Sequence record: OP764672.1
Length of the DNA: 64,000 nt
Source of the DNA: Klebsiella phage VB_KpP_HS106
Reading direction: 5' to 3' (one strand)
Below are positions 38,201 to 47,452 of the stretch, one piece after another. The position numbers were made by a program, and so were the translations under genes. Within the stretch, counting starts at the first letter, position 1. Each line of letters opens with the position of its first letter. The notes beneath the pieces are model-generated. The model saw nothing but the letters and a program-made list of their open reading frames with translations, searched no databases and was not told the DNA's origin.

Positions 38201-41200
38201 AGATGCTGGGACTCACCAGAGTCATTCGTTACATCAAACAGATAATTCCATTTCTGTTGAGCAGCTCGTTTTTCTGCTTGAGTTGCCTGATTCCAGTTTC
38301 CATTGTGGAAGTCTTCTGGTTTCAGGGATTGTTTGGCAGCTTGCCAGGTACGACGAATCTCACGGTTAACTGGTGAAGTGAAACCAGAAGCCAGAGATTC
38401 AGATACAGCAGTCTCAATGGCCTCCACAGCAAAGGCTTCCTGATTAGTCAGTACAAACCCATTGCTCAGTGCTTCGGTGCTGACAGGGGCTTTCCCAGTG
38501 GCTACAGCCTCATTCCATACTTGACCAGGAGTGTAATTCTCATTGGCATTCTGGGTGACTCTTGAGCCTAAAGCACCGTAAAGCTGATCCGCTACAGTGG
38601 ATATTACATTACGGAGGTTACCTGTGAATTGTGCTGAGTTAGTCTTGCCACCTGTTGAAGCCAGGTTATCAAAGATATCCACATGGCTGAACTTAGCTAC
38701 CTGATCAGCAGCACTGTTAGTGTTACTCATAGGATGGCTAATGGAAGACACAGGACTTTGAATAGCAGCAGGGTTAATTGCTTGAACCAGATGTGCAGTA
38801 TCGAAGGTCAGTGCTTCCAGTGCAGTAGTAACCCGAGCATTAACAGCTCGACCAGTTACAGCAGCAAAGATGCCTGACATTTGATCCACAAACTGTTTAA
38901 AAGCAGTACCTAACCACCCACGGTTACGACCTGAAATTTCAGGTACACCAGTGATGGTATCAAGGTAACGTTGGAATTCCGGGTTAGTCATACCCCAGGA
39001 AATAAACTCATCCACGTTAGCCAAAGCAGGGGCAAACTGCTGAGTCAATTGAGGATCAGCTGAAACCAGCTTAGTCACTCTACCCATTAGCTTCTCTGTA
39101 CGAGCCAGTACAGCTTTTACTTTTGGATTTGAATCAGCAGTAGCAATTGCACGTCCCAGAGCAATGTGAGTCATCTCATGCAGCAAGACTTCAGGTGAAG
39201 CCTCTTTGCTGAGTGACAGGTTAACCTGTGCAGTGTTCTTATCTTGATAAGACCATGCAATGGCATCACGGTTCTGGGGCAGTGACTGCCCCTTAACATT
39301 CTTAGGCATAGTCTGCCCATCCAGTACGTTCACCACAGCATCAGCTGGAATCAAACCAGAAATGAGGTTGTGGAGTTCGTTATACACTGGGTTAGCAAAC
39401 TTACCTTTGGTACGAGCCATCACCTCAGAAGCTGACACAGAGCCTGTAGAGGCCGAAGCCTCATACAGGTATTGTCTCATCTTGTCAGGATACTGGCTGG
39501 CTTCAGCCTTTGGGGCATTGCCCTTAGAGAACATGTCAGAGATACGTTGTAAGCCAGTAGCACGGCTACGTTTCAGACGTGCAATCTCGTCACCAATCTT
39601 CTTACGATCAGCATCAGTGATCAGATACTCGCCACCCTCAGTGCCATACTGGTTAACAGCATAGACTTCAGAGAGAGTTTCCAGTTTCTTAATATCACGA
39701 TCATAAGCCTGGTTAAGGATTGTGTTCAGAGCAGCTTTCATGTTGCCCTTGAACTCTTTACCCAGAATCTTAGTCTTCATGGCATCCAGAGCTTTCTTAG
39801 CTGCAACCTTGTCATTGGTAGACAGGTTAGCATCAGCCAGACTACGAACTTCAGTCAGCAGTGCAGCAGCAGCCAGATGTTGAGGATGGTAAGAAACCAC
39901 AGCATCAAACATAGCTTTGTTCTGGATACGAGCACCTTTCAACACATTGTCAGGAGACAGGATGTTAGCATCATGCACATTCTGGCTTTCGATCTTGCTG
40001 ATCACATCAGAGCTAATTGCAGCATCAGTACCCTGAGTAACGTTAGCACCCATAGCAACACCAGGATTGGTCAGCTTAGTCTCAGTCACAGTAGACTGGG
40101 TAGATTTATACCCACCTACCAGACCTTGACTCAGCAGCATCCCATTAGCATCCATTGCTGGTTTAGGGTTAGCAGCTTCTTTGAAGTAGATATCAATGCT
40201 GGTGGCAGGGGATTTAGCAGTAAAGGCTTTCTCCACCTTAGCCATTGGGTAACCAGAAGCTTTGGTATTCTCGGACAAGACACCAGTTGCAGATGGCATA
40301 TTAGGAATCATGTTAGACAGTGTATCCAGATCTACCTGAGTGAGTCCTTCTAGTGGGGCACCCTTAGCATCCACAGGGATTTTACCCTCAGCAATACGTT
40401 TCTTCAGCAGTGCAGCTTTAGCAGCATTGTAACGAAGGTTAGCCAGAGTAAAGGTAGTGTTAACCAGACTGGTATTAGCATCACGAGATGCAATGAAGTC
40501 AGCAGCAACCTCATTAACAGCAGTCTCTGTAGCAGATCCGCGAGTCTGAGAATCCACATCAATGATGCGTTTAGTTTGAGCTGGATTAAGGCTGAACTTA
40601 ACCAGACCATCAGCAGTACGTGGTAGGTTCACTTTCTGGCCCAAAAGTACAGAAAGGTTTTTACTTACCTCAGCATAAGCCTTGGCAAAGTCTGCTTTGT
40701 TATTGCTTTTAGCCAGTGGGATCAGGGAACCGATCTTAGAGTAAACATCCTCTACAGTAGCTCGACCCATAGCAGCTTTCAGTGCTGGAATACCAGCAGA
40801 GTAGTTGAATGGGGTAGCCAGAGTCTTGGCCTTAGAACGAGCACCATAACCAGTAGAGAAGTATTCTAGCGCCTGGATCTGACCTTGCTGACTGGCAGGT
40901 GCATTGGTTTTGTAATCAGCCCAATGCTGTCGCATAGCATCACCCAGCAGCTCGTAGTAATCCTGACCACCCAACTCACGATAAGTAGGCATGTTGGTAA
41001 TGTTGTCACCTTCACGGTAAATACCACCACGCTTCAGCAGATCGAAGTCAGCAGAGCCATTTAGGATATTGGTAAGGATAGGGCCGTTAGTAACACCATC
41101 TGACTCCATTTGAGCCAGTAGCTTAACGGAGGACTTACCAGACTCCAGAGCAGTAGCATACTGAGCCAGGTTATGCAGGGCAGCAAAAGACTGACCATTC

Positions 41201-44200
41201 ATACCATACTCAGCCACAGCATTCTTAATGACGTTGGTATCAGCAGTAGTAGCTGAACCAGCGATCACTTTCTGCATGGCACGTACAGCCTTAATGTTCT
41301 CTGGTTTACGCAGGTAATTCTGGAAAGCAGGTAAGAAGGTAGCATAGGTCTGCTTATCAACAGACTTCAGTTTCTTACCATCAGCACCAATTACAGGGGC
41401 TTCTTCCATACCCTGAGCCAGAGATACGAGGAACAGGCCATATTGGGTAGGCTTACCCTCTGCATCCAGTACAGCAGCATTAGGTTCGACTTTGATATCA
41501 ACCTGGTGAGCACTTAAGCCACCCATAGCACGGTGAACTTTGGATCCTTGTGGGTTGAATTCCGAAGCCAGATCACCAATACGCTGGTTAGTCCAGACTT
41601 CCATAGGCATCCAGAAAGGCTTGTTACCAGTACGTGCAGCAAAGTCCATACCCATTTCGATAGAACGTTGGATATCAGCATTCTTGGCTTCACGACCTTT
41701 CTTGAAGATCTCCATTTCATTAGGTACATCAGCATCAGTACGTACACCAAAGATATGTTGCAGGGCAGCATTATCTACAGTGGACATGGTTTGCATAGCA
41801 CTTACCACACCCTGATCAATGGTGTAGTCATACTGCATAGCTTTACTGATACGAGCAGCCAAAACAGAAGGAACTTCACGGTTCATTTTACCGAAGACTT
41901 TCTGTTTGAAACCAGCAGGCTTAGTGGTCAGAACCTCACGTACAGCAGGATCATAACCAAACAGCTTAGACATAAGGGAACGGGTATCTTTCATTCCATT
42001 CTTAATGTCAGAGATAGCTTCAATAGCTACTGGTTTACCCTCTGCATCAAAGTTACGTGCAGGACGGCTAAACACAATCTTGTGCTTGGCATCATTAGGG
42101 GAAACACCAAAGTCATTCTGGAAAGCCTGTGCAGCTTCTTTAGCCGACTGTTCATCCAGACCCATGATTTGCAGATCAAAGTACTCTTTAGCAGTCATTA
42201 AAGACTGTTCCATATAGCCATTGGAATACATGGCATGGAGAGCATAAGCACCCAAAGCATTCTGCAATTTGCTGGCACGGTTAGGATCAACATCAGCACG
42301 TTTAGCGAAGCCCATAGCCTGATAGATACGTTGACCCAGTTGGGACATGATCAAGTCTTGGCGATAGCCAATATCAGCCATACGAGACATAGCTTGTGGA
42401 GTTAACTGATCTTCTTTAATACGCAGAGTTTTAGCTACTTCACCCTGGTTCAGGAACATCTTATCCCCATTCTCACCAAGCCAGGAGAAGATACCTGCTG
42501 CAATACCAGTTTTAGTATTGGAGTCAAAGTTACCATTCTCATCCAGGATAAACTGAGCAAAGTCCTGATAACGATACTCAGGGGCTTTAGTACGGATGAT
42601 GTTATCCAGGTTAGATGTGATGTGATCGTGGAATTCCACAAACTGTTTCAGCAGAGCTTTCTGTTTAGCACCTTCAGCTTTCGACTCACTGATATGCTGT
42701 TTCAGGAAACGGTTAACTTCAGTGAAGCTACCAGTATCCACAGCAGTTTTAAGAGTATTGATGAAGTCTTTCACTGCTACCAGTGGGCTACCAAAACCTG
42801 GACGAACTCGCTGATTGAAACCAGTAAGCACAAGGTTCTGTAAGCCTTTAGGTTCAGCCAAAGCTTTCTCACGCAGAGCTTTCAGAGACTCACCAACTTT
42901 ACCAAAGATACTCAAAGCACCATTAGCTACATTGTCTTGCTGAGTCTCAGTCAGGGTATCAGTGTTGGTAACAACATCATCTACGTTAACTGGGGCAGTC
43001 TGTTGAGACTCTGAACCAGTAGACTCATTATCAATATCAGCCTGAGCATTCTCAGTTTGAGTAGCAGTCTCAGCCTGTGAACGTTGGATCTCATTCTCTT
43101 GAGCTTTAGGCTTAAAGGAGTCATCCAGTTTACGGTGAGGAGCATCAACCCCACGATTCTGGTTAGTAGCCAAATCAGCACGACGAGTCCACTCACGATC
43201 CAGAGCATCCAGGTTACGAGCCAGTACAGGATTAGTGTCAGAAGACATAGCTTGTTGAGTAGTAGCCATAACCTTTTCCAGCGTTGCCTGATCCATTGCA
43301 CGAATATCTCGTGTGGTCAGTGGGCTGATTGTGGGTTGTGCTTGTTGTTCTTGTGCTCCTGCCTCTCCTGCTACAGTAGCTGCACCCTCTGGCTGCGCCT
43401 CCGGGTTTGCTACTTGCTCAGTCGAGCCAGTCACATTTTGGTTAGTAGATGGGTTAGCAATACCTTCCATATACTGACGAGTGGCAGTGATAGCTTTGGC
43501 TTCATTAACGATATTGTTAACCAGACCAGTAGAGCCTTTGTGGATAGTAAAGCCACCATTCTTAGCCTGTGCTTTAGCATCCAGACGTTTGCCAGTATTC
43601 AACTCCCAACCATTAGAAGTTTTCAGGATCTGGTAAGACTTACCATTCTGTTTAGCTTCGTTCAGATACTGTTGAGCAATATCTGCTTTAGCAGTATGGG
43701 AAGTTTCAAAGTTATTGATACCAGTCATCAGGGACTGGATACGGTTAGTATCACCAGCCTGTACAGCAGTGTTAATACCCTGTTGGTAATCACCCAGTGA
43801 CAGGTTATTAGAAGTGGATTTGAAGATCTCACTATTAACCTTAGAACCAGTCTTAACAGCATTCTCTGCAACTTTGGCATCAGCTAATGCACGAAGCGTA
43901 CCCAGTTCAGCAGGGGTAGCATTAATAGGAGCATTACGCACAAACTCTTGCAGGTCTTCATTGGTATAAGACATTGGGTGACTGATAATGTCAGAAGCTG
44001 TCGGGTTCTCTGGTTTAGCTGTATTGGTATTCATACCAGTAGCTGATGAGAACTTGCCAAACTCAGACTTAGCCTGATCCAGTACTTCAGCAGAACGAGT
44101 AGCAGACTGTGCCAGTTCCTCCTGAGAAGGCAGGGCATCCAGTTGTTGCTGTGCAGCATCACGAGCTTCAGTCTGTTGAGCCAGGATAGTCTGTAACTGG

Positions 44201-45939
44201 TTAACAGCATCAGGATCTGCATTAGGATCGGTGCTGAGTTGATCCAGTCTTTCCTGAATAGCAGGAATAAACTTACCAGCATCAGCAAGAGTACGTTCAG
44301 CAGTGGCCCTCTGGTTAATCATATCCAGTTTATTCTGGTGATCATTCTGAGCAGCATCCATAGCTGATTGAGCCTGAGATTGAATCTCAGCCTTCTGTTC
44401 ATCAGTGGTAGCATCAGTGTTACGAGTCCACTCCATACCAGCACGACGAATTGCAGCAGCCGGGTTATAACCTTCTGACTGAGGATTCATTAAGTCTTCT
44501 GGAGCGGTATTACGGGCAGCTTGACCTACAGGATCCTGGGTTTCAGTACGTTTCTGCATAGCCTGAGCAGCAGTATTGGCTACTTCACCAGCAGTACCAA
44601 GTGCAGCACGAGGAGCACCAAAACCAGTAGCAGCAGCAATCCCCTGGAAGAAAGCAACATCATTACCTTTGGTATCCCATTCGTTTTTACCTTTGGCATA
44701 GTTCTCCTCAATCTGGTTTTGAGCACCAGATACCAGACCTTCAGTTAAGGCGTTCTTAGCAAGGTCAACGGTAGGAGCAGCTACACGCGCAAGAGCAGCA
44801 GCAGCCGTAGAGCTGCGTGGTGCGATGCGCTGTGCTGCGTTCACCAGACGATCAGCAACTCCAGTAGGTAATACTTTAGATCCTGGAAGCATAGCAGTAC
44901 GGTTAATGACACTTTCTGCAAAGTTCAGAGCACCATCAACAACACCCAAACCAGTACCGATAGCTACATCTTTAGCTGTTGGAAGCTGACCATCAGAGGC
45001 TTTACGTTGGGTATCCAAGTACTGAGACAATACTGAACCACCCTGCATAGCAGAGGAAGCAATCATACCTGGAATACCACCAACCATATAAGGGGCAGAC
45101 TCAACCATAGTCTGACCAGCAGCACCAGGGTTACGGGCAATAGCAGCTAAACCAGCAGCAAATTTATCAAGCCCTGATTTACCCTCAATTGATTTCTCAA
45201 TATCAGCAGCAGCTTGCTGCATCTGAGTAGGGTTAGCCAGTTTCTCAAGATTGTCATAGCTACTCTGGTTTTGAGTCTTCTGACGTTCATTGATAGCATC
45301 CAGACGCTGACGAAGAGTCTGATTACCCATCTCTGGTACACCATATTGATTTACTTCAATAGGCTGTGTCCACCAGGCACCCTGACGATCTAACAGAGCA
45401 TTATCAGCTTCAGTACCTTTACCTTCCTGAACACGACGATAAGCATCCAGTGCATCGTTAGGAATAGAAGCTTGATCCAGTACATTGCCTAGTGTTTTAA
45501 AAGTTTTATCTGTTTTACCTGCAAGACCGTTAACAGCATCAGTAAGAGCTTTGCCATAGTTAACAAAGGTAGAAGCTGCCCGATCAGTTATAGAAGATGT
45601 TTCAGGATCTAAGAAGTTGGTAGAAGACCAACCATAGTCTGAATCTTTTGCGGCTACCTGTTTAGCTAATGCTGACTGTTCATTATTGATTCGTTTGAGT
45701 CGAGCAATTTCGCCTTCTTCCGTAGGATACATACCCTGTCCTGTGAGGTTATTCAGGATACGAGTAGAAGCATCATTCACACGTTGGGCGATAGTTGGTT
45801 GGGTAGGTGCAGGAAGTGCTTGAGCAGCTTCCTGACCTGTTACCTGTTGTGGGACAAGAAACTTGTCCAGAGGGGATGAGTTTTCACCAGCCATCTGAGA
45901 ATTCCTTAATAGTATGGAGTCCTCAGATTGTAACCTCAT
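35254..45939 (-). CDS. virion-encapsidated RNA polymerase (N4 gp50-like vRNAP), 3561 aa
   Basis: Size about 3500 aa as in N4 gp50. T7-like motif B (KAKTLATPFNYSAGIPALK) and motif C (NVHDANIL) fall near residue 1990, consistent with a central mini-vRNAP domain. Located upstream of the virion genes. Confidence 0.85.
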   Translation of the reverse strand: MRLQSEDSILLRNSQMAGENSSPLDKFLVPQQVTGQEAAQALPAPTQPTIAQRVNDASTRILNNLTGQGMYPTEEGEIARLKRINNEQSALAKQVAAKDSDYGWSSTNFLDPETSSITDRAASTFVNYGKALTDAVNGLAGKTDKTFKTLGNVLDQASIPNDALDAYRRVQEGKGTEADNALLDRQGAWWTQPIEVNQYGVPEMGNQTLRQRLDAINERQKTQNQSSYDNLEKLANPTQMQQAAADIEKSIEGKSGLDKFAAGLAAIARNPGAAGQTMVESAPYMVGGIPGMIASSAMQGGSVLSQYLDTQRKASDGQLPTAKDVAIGTGLGVVDGALNFAESVINRTAMLPGSKVLPTGVADRLVNAAQRIAPRSSTAAAALARVAAPTVDLAKNALTEGLVSGAQNQIEENYAKGKNEWDTKGNDVAFFQGIAAATGFGAPRAALGTAGEVANTAAQAMQKRTETQDPVGQAARNTAPEDLMNPQSEGYNPAAAIRRAGMEWTRNTDATTDEQKAEIQSQAQSAMDAAQNDHQNKLDMINQRATAERTLADAGKFIPAIQERLDQLSTDPNADPDAVNQLQTILAQQTEARDAAQQQLDALPSQEELAQSATRSAEVLDQAKSEFGKFSSATGMNTNTAKPENPTASDIISHPMSYTNEDLQEFVRNAPINATPAELGTLRALADAKVAENAVKTGSKVNSEIFKSTSNNLSLGDYQQGINTAVQAGDTNRIQSLMTGINNFETSHTAKADIAQQYLNEAKQNGKSYQILKTSNGWELNTGKRLDAKAQAKNGGFTIHKGSTGLVNNIVNEAKAITATRQYMEGIANPSTNQNVTGSTEQVANPEAQPEGAATVAGEAGAQEQQAQPTISPLTTRDIRAMDQATLEKVMATTQQAMSSDTNPVLARNLDALDREWTRRADLATNQNRGVDAPHRKLDDSFKPKAQENEIQRSQAETATQTENAQADIDNESTGSESQQTAPVNVDDVVTNTDTLTETQQDNVANGALSIFGKVGESLKALREKALAEPKGLQNLVLTGFNQRVRPGFGSPLVAVKDFINTLKTAVDTGSFTEVNRFLKQHISESKAEGAKQKALLKQFVEFHDHITSNLDNIIRTKAPEYRYQDFAQFILDENGNFDSNTKTGIAAGIFSWLGENGDKMFLNQGEVAKTLRIKEDQLTPQAMSRMADIGYRQDLIMSQLGQRIYQAMGFAKRADVDPNRASKLQNALGAYALHAMYSNGYMEQSLMTAKEYFDLQIMGLDEQSAKEAAQAFQNDFGVSPNDAKHKIVFSRPARNFDAEGKPVAIEAISDIKNGMKDTRSLMSKLFGYDPAVREVLTTKPAGFKQKVFGKMNREVPSVLAARISKAMQYDYTIDQGVVSAMQTMSTVDNAALQHIFGVRTDADVPNEMEIFKKGREAKNADIQRSIEMGMDFAARTGNKPFWMPMEVWTNQRIGDLASEFNPQGSKVHRAMGGLSAHQVDIKVEPNAAVLDAEGKPTQYGLFLVSLAQGMEEAPVIGADGKKLKSVDKQTYATFLPAFQNYLRKPENIKAVRAMQKVIAGSATTADTNVIKNAVAEYGMNGQSFAALHNLAQYATALESGKSSVKLLAQMESDGVTNGPILTNILNGSADFDLLKRGGIYREGDNITNMPTYRELGGQDYYELLGDAMRQHWADYKTNAPASQQGQIQALEYFSTGYGARSKAKTLATPFNYSAGIPALKAAMGRATVEDVYSKIGSLIPLAKSNNKADFAKAYAEVSKNLSVLLGQKVNLPRTADGLVKFSLNPAQTKRIIDVDSQTRGSATETAVNEVAADFIASRDANTSLVNTTFTLANLRYNAAKAALLKKRIAEGKIPVDAKGAPLEGLTQVDLDTLSNMIPNMPSATGVLSENTKASGYPMAKVEKAFTAKSPATSIDIYFKEAANPKPAMDANGMLLSQGLVGGYKSTQSTVTETKLTNPGVAMGANVTQGTDAAISSDVISKIESQNVHDANILSPDNVLKGARIQNKAMFDAVVSYHPQHLAAAALLTEVRSLADANLSTNDKVAAKKALDAMKTKILGKEFKGNMKAALNTILNQAYDRDIKKLETLSEVYAVNQYGTEGGEYLITDADRKKIGDEIARLKRSRATGLQRISDMFSKGNAPKAEASQYPDKMRQYLYEASASTGSVSASEVMARTKGKFANPVYNELHNLISGLIPADAVVNVLDGQTMPKNVKGQSLPQNRDAIAWSYQDKNTAQVNLSLSKEASPEVLLHEMTHIALGRAIATADSNPKVKAVLARTEKLMGRVTKLVSADPQLTQQFAPALANVDEFISWGMTNPEFQRYLDTITGVPEISGRNRGWLGTAFKQFVDQMSGIFAAVTGRAVNARVTTALEALTFDTAHLVQAINPAAIQSPVSSISHPMSNTNSAADQVAKFSHVDIFDNLASTGGKTNSAQFTGNLRNVISTVADQLYGALGSRVTQNANENYTPGQVWNEAVATGKAPVSTEALSNGFVLTNQEAFAVEAIETAVSESLASGFTSPVNREIRRTWQAAKQSLKPEDFHNGNWNQATQAEKRAAQQKWNYLFDVTNDSGESQHLSRFVAMAIGHEDTSNLLGFQMEDGKDSGNTAFEQATAYFNQAVNTVSGMLTNTHQGQAANARAQALAEKLIQIELKNRDTTMNILTGGIDKVENALDTAAAKSKQFLGKIVKATGIDQSSNNALNAMGKVAGLAARDQLGNLKETIKEFRDFNAPNTPEGSLASILTEATNADDVRALHESLLRSTKRIEQDRATLAAVTAKNLNEMFDNNGQDLNKEDRTAMTYSLLRTDLQSVLHIEGMNLNNLHKLVSNTGYRKQQINKLEKTISQYANGNDKIIRAKALGFWMATGRNTLGRDLVLNAKAIATGAATHYSTVGIEPTLDEVNAIDALASMYALSYTKTENRVRTAAVMERELARGKDNGIKMLMATYANLIEDSANTLFAGNQLSRIKGYLPEDTNPHHDLRAVESGSADEAALVNMGYQKVSPLSQDSLSKHSGRVLYVTKENGYQRTVSGTFSLTGSQRKGSSLSGDRAVADRVRADELEQLRQASYADVRGREALSHTAFDPSQVQDNYVVPVLSTDGHIMDFRYMATHNTRDTFLDRNNDFADLVGRLAGQNIDKGDAPSQNAKILEALHEDSTANILKNPNAYFEIGPDAPSERGREIWAMMPYEARIKAASLWGSDRMYIRNDLVNLTFGFRKYSLANILDADPEQRNIAQGVAAGLLEAAFGDKAKAYVIKGERGIQEFMQTYKDVIVIRNLKTQFSNIMSNTALLAAYGVNPVRMVKDIRTALVAGIDYRKQYSLLLKYQQQQRAGIGNFAQMESLINETQDRLNANPLAKFIQAGMMPTIVEDVQPDADGYTYGSKIRKKFNEVSAHLPASAVTAARWAVIDKGTAPHKFLSDAAQFSDFAAKYALYKHLTEHARDRLSHTEALQRASDAFVNYDIPATATRQYLDDMGITMFTKYRIRIQRAMFYLMDKRPASVMAHMAITGQFSAAPDAMEPLFARNLGNPFSTSVLQGSSILTIPMPWNLFRMAN

Positions 45940-47015
45940 TACTGCTGTAAAAGTAAGGGCAGAAGCAGCTTATTTAAACGATCCCTTTGCTCTTGCATAA
46001 CAGATTGCTGATCTTTTGCATCCTCTGCTTGCCGTGAAGTAATCTTCAGGGTATTTAAACGCTTCGTTGCATCAGTCAGATACTTTGTAGCAGCATTTAC
46101 AGTAGAAGTATCTCCCTTATCATCACGAGATCTTTCATTAGCAAGAGCACCATCAAGGATATTCATCTGTTGTTGTGGGTTGAGTGCTTTAAAAGCTGGC
46201 TGATCCTTTAAAGCATTAAAGATTCTATTAGAATCCCCATCTCTGCCCCAACTGCTAAACCAGGCATCATTATTAGCATCAGCCCACCCAGAAACATTAA
46301 GCTTAGGGTTGTTTAAAGGATCCATAGCAACACGTTGTTGAGCATCCTGAGCATTAGCCTGTAAATCCCTGGCTTCAGACTTCCCCTGAATAACATTGCC
46401 CGTGTTAAGTAAACCAGGCAAAGCTTTCAGTAATGAATTACTTTGAGCTGCCCTTGCCTTAGCTGCTGCCTGAGTTGCAGCAAACTGAGCTTGACGCTGT
46501 GCCAGTTCAGACCGTTGAAGATTCAACTGCTGGTTTTTGATATCCCAATCAGAGGCAAACTTCAAAGCATCTGAAGCATCACCCTGGAATTGTGACAAAA
46601 TACCTTTAGCTGCATTCTGATCACCAGACATAACAGCTTGCATATAAGCACCCATTAATGGTGCATCATGCTGTGCAGTTTGAAGCTGGTTGAGCTTCAT
46701 CTGGTTAGTTTGACGGCCTAACAAAGTATCTGGCATGGTTGCTGCCACTTCAGATACACGAGTGGGATCAATGTCCCCTTGCCATACCAACTGTGCTACT
46801 TGCTGTTGACGTTGGGCCAGATCATTAGCATCTGTAGCCCCGGTGAGTAGTCCTACAGCCTGAGCTGTATTACGACGTACTACCTCATCACGATACTGCC
46901 CCAGAGTGCCTTGCAGCCCCTGGAGAGCATTACCAATCTGCTGGTTTGCTGCCAGCAGTAATTGGTTAGAACCAGCAAAGTTAGGTGCAGCAATTTGTTG
47001 CAGTCTAATAGCCAT
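45939..47015 (-). CDS. virion protein (N4 gp51-like position)
   Basis: 358 aa, Gln/Ala-rich. Translationally coupled to the vRNAP gene (TAATG). Confidence 0.4.
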   Translation of the reverse strand: MAIRLQQIAAPNFAGSNQLLLAANQQIGNALQGLQGTLGQYRDEVVRRNTAQAVGLLTGATDANDLAQRQQQVAQLVWQGDIDPTRVSEVAATMPDTLLGRQTNQMKLNQLQTAQHDAPLMGAYMQAVMSGDQNAAKGILSQFQGDASDALKFASDWDIKNQQLNLQRSELAQRQAQFAATQAAAKARAAQSNSLLKALPGLLNTGNVIQGKSEARDLQANAQDAQQRVAMDPLNNPKLNVSGWADANNDAWFSSWGRDGDSNRIFNALKDQPAFKALNPQQQMNILDGALANERSRDDKGDTSTVNAATKYLTDATKRLNTLKITSRQAEDAKDQQSVMQEQRDRLNKLLLPLLLQQ

Positions 47016-47018
47016 GGT

Positions 47019-47444
47019 TTAGATCCCATATTTTTTCATATAGTCATCAACAGACTGATATGCATTAGGGTTACTGGCAACACGAGCAGCCTGACGATCT
47101 GCCAGAGAAGCATTGGTTAGCTTCTTATTGGCATCCCATTGTTTGTTAAACTGATCAAGCTGAGACTGGTATTGCTTCTTGGCAAGACTCAGATTCTGGA
47201 AACCAAGGTAACCATTAAGCAAACTGGTTACACCACCCAGACCAAGCTGGCCCATCTGCAAACCAGACATATCGCCAGTACCACCCAGGATGCTATCCAG
47301 GAAGCTACCTGAACCACCTGAGCCAGTAAGGGAGGTATTGTTAAAAGTATTTGCTGAGTTGGTAAAACCAGTGCTCAGGGAATCCAGGGATGAGGACATA
47401 GACCCCTGATCCCACAGACTTGGATACATCGATAATCCAGCCAT
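47019..47444 (-). CDS. virion protein, Gly/Ser-rich
   Basis: 141 aa, low-complexity G/S-rich. Sits between two virion genes. Confidence 0.4.
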   Translation of the reverse strand: MAGLSMYPSLWDQGSMSSSLDSLSTGFTNSANTFNNTSLTGSGGSGSFLDSILGGTGDMSGLQMGQLGLGGVTSLLNGYLGFQNLSLAKKQYQSQLDQFNKQWDANKKLTNASLADRQAARVASNPNAYQSVDDYMKKYGI

Positions 47445-47452
47445 TAGTCACC

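Noticed and set aside
35581-45344. Many 60 to 240-aa plus- and minus-frame ORFs inside the vRNAP gene (e.g. 35581-35958, 39877-40353, 41533-42201, 43084-43800)
   Set aside because: All lie antisense or out of frame within one continuous 3561-aa reading frame with conserved polymerase motifs. No RBS or start context. Spurious.
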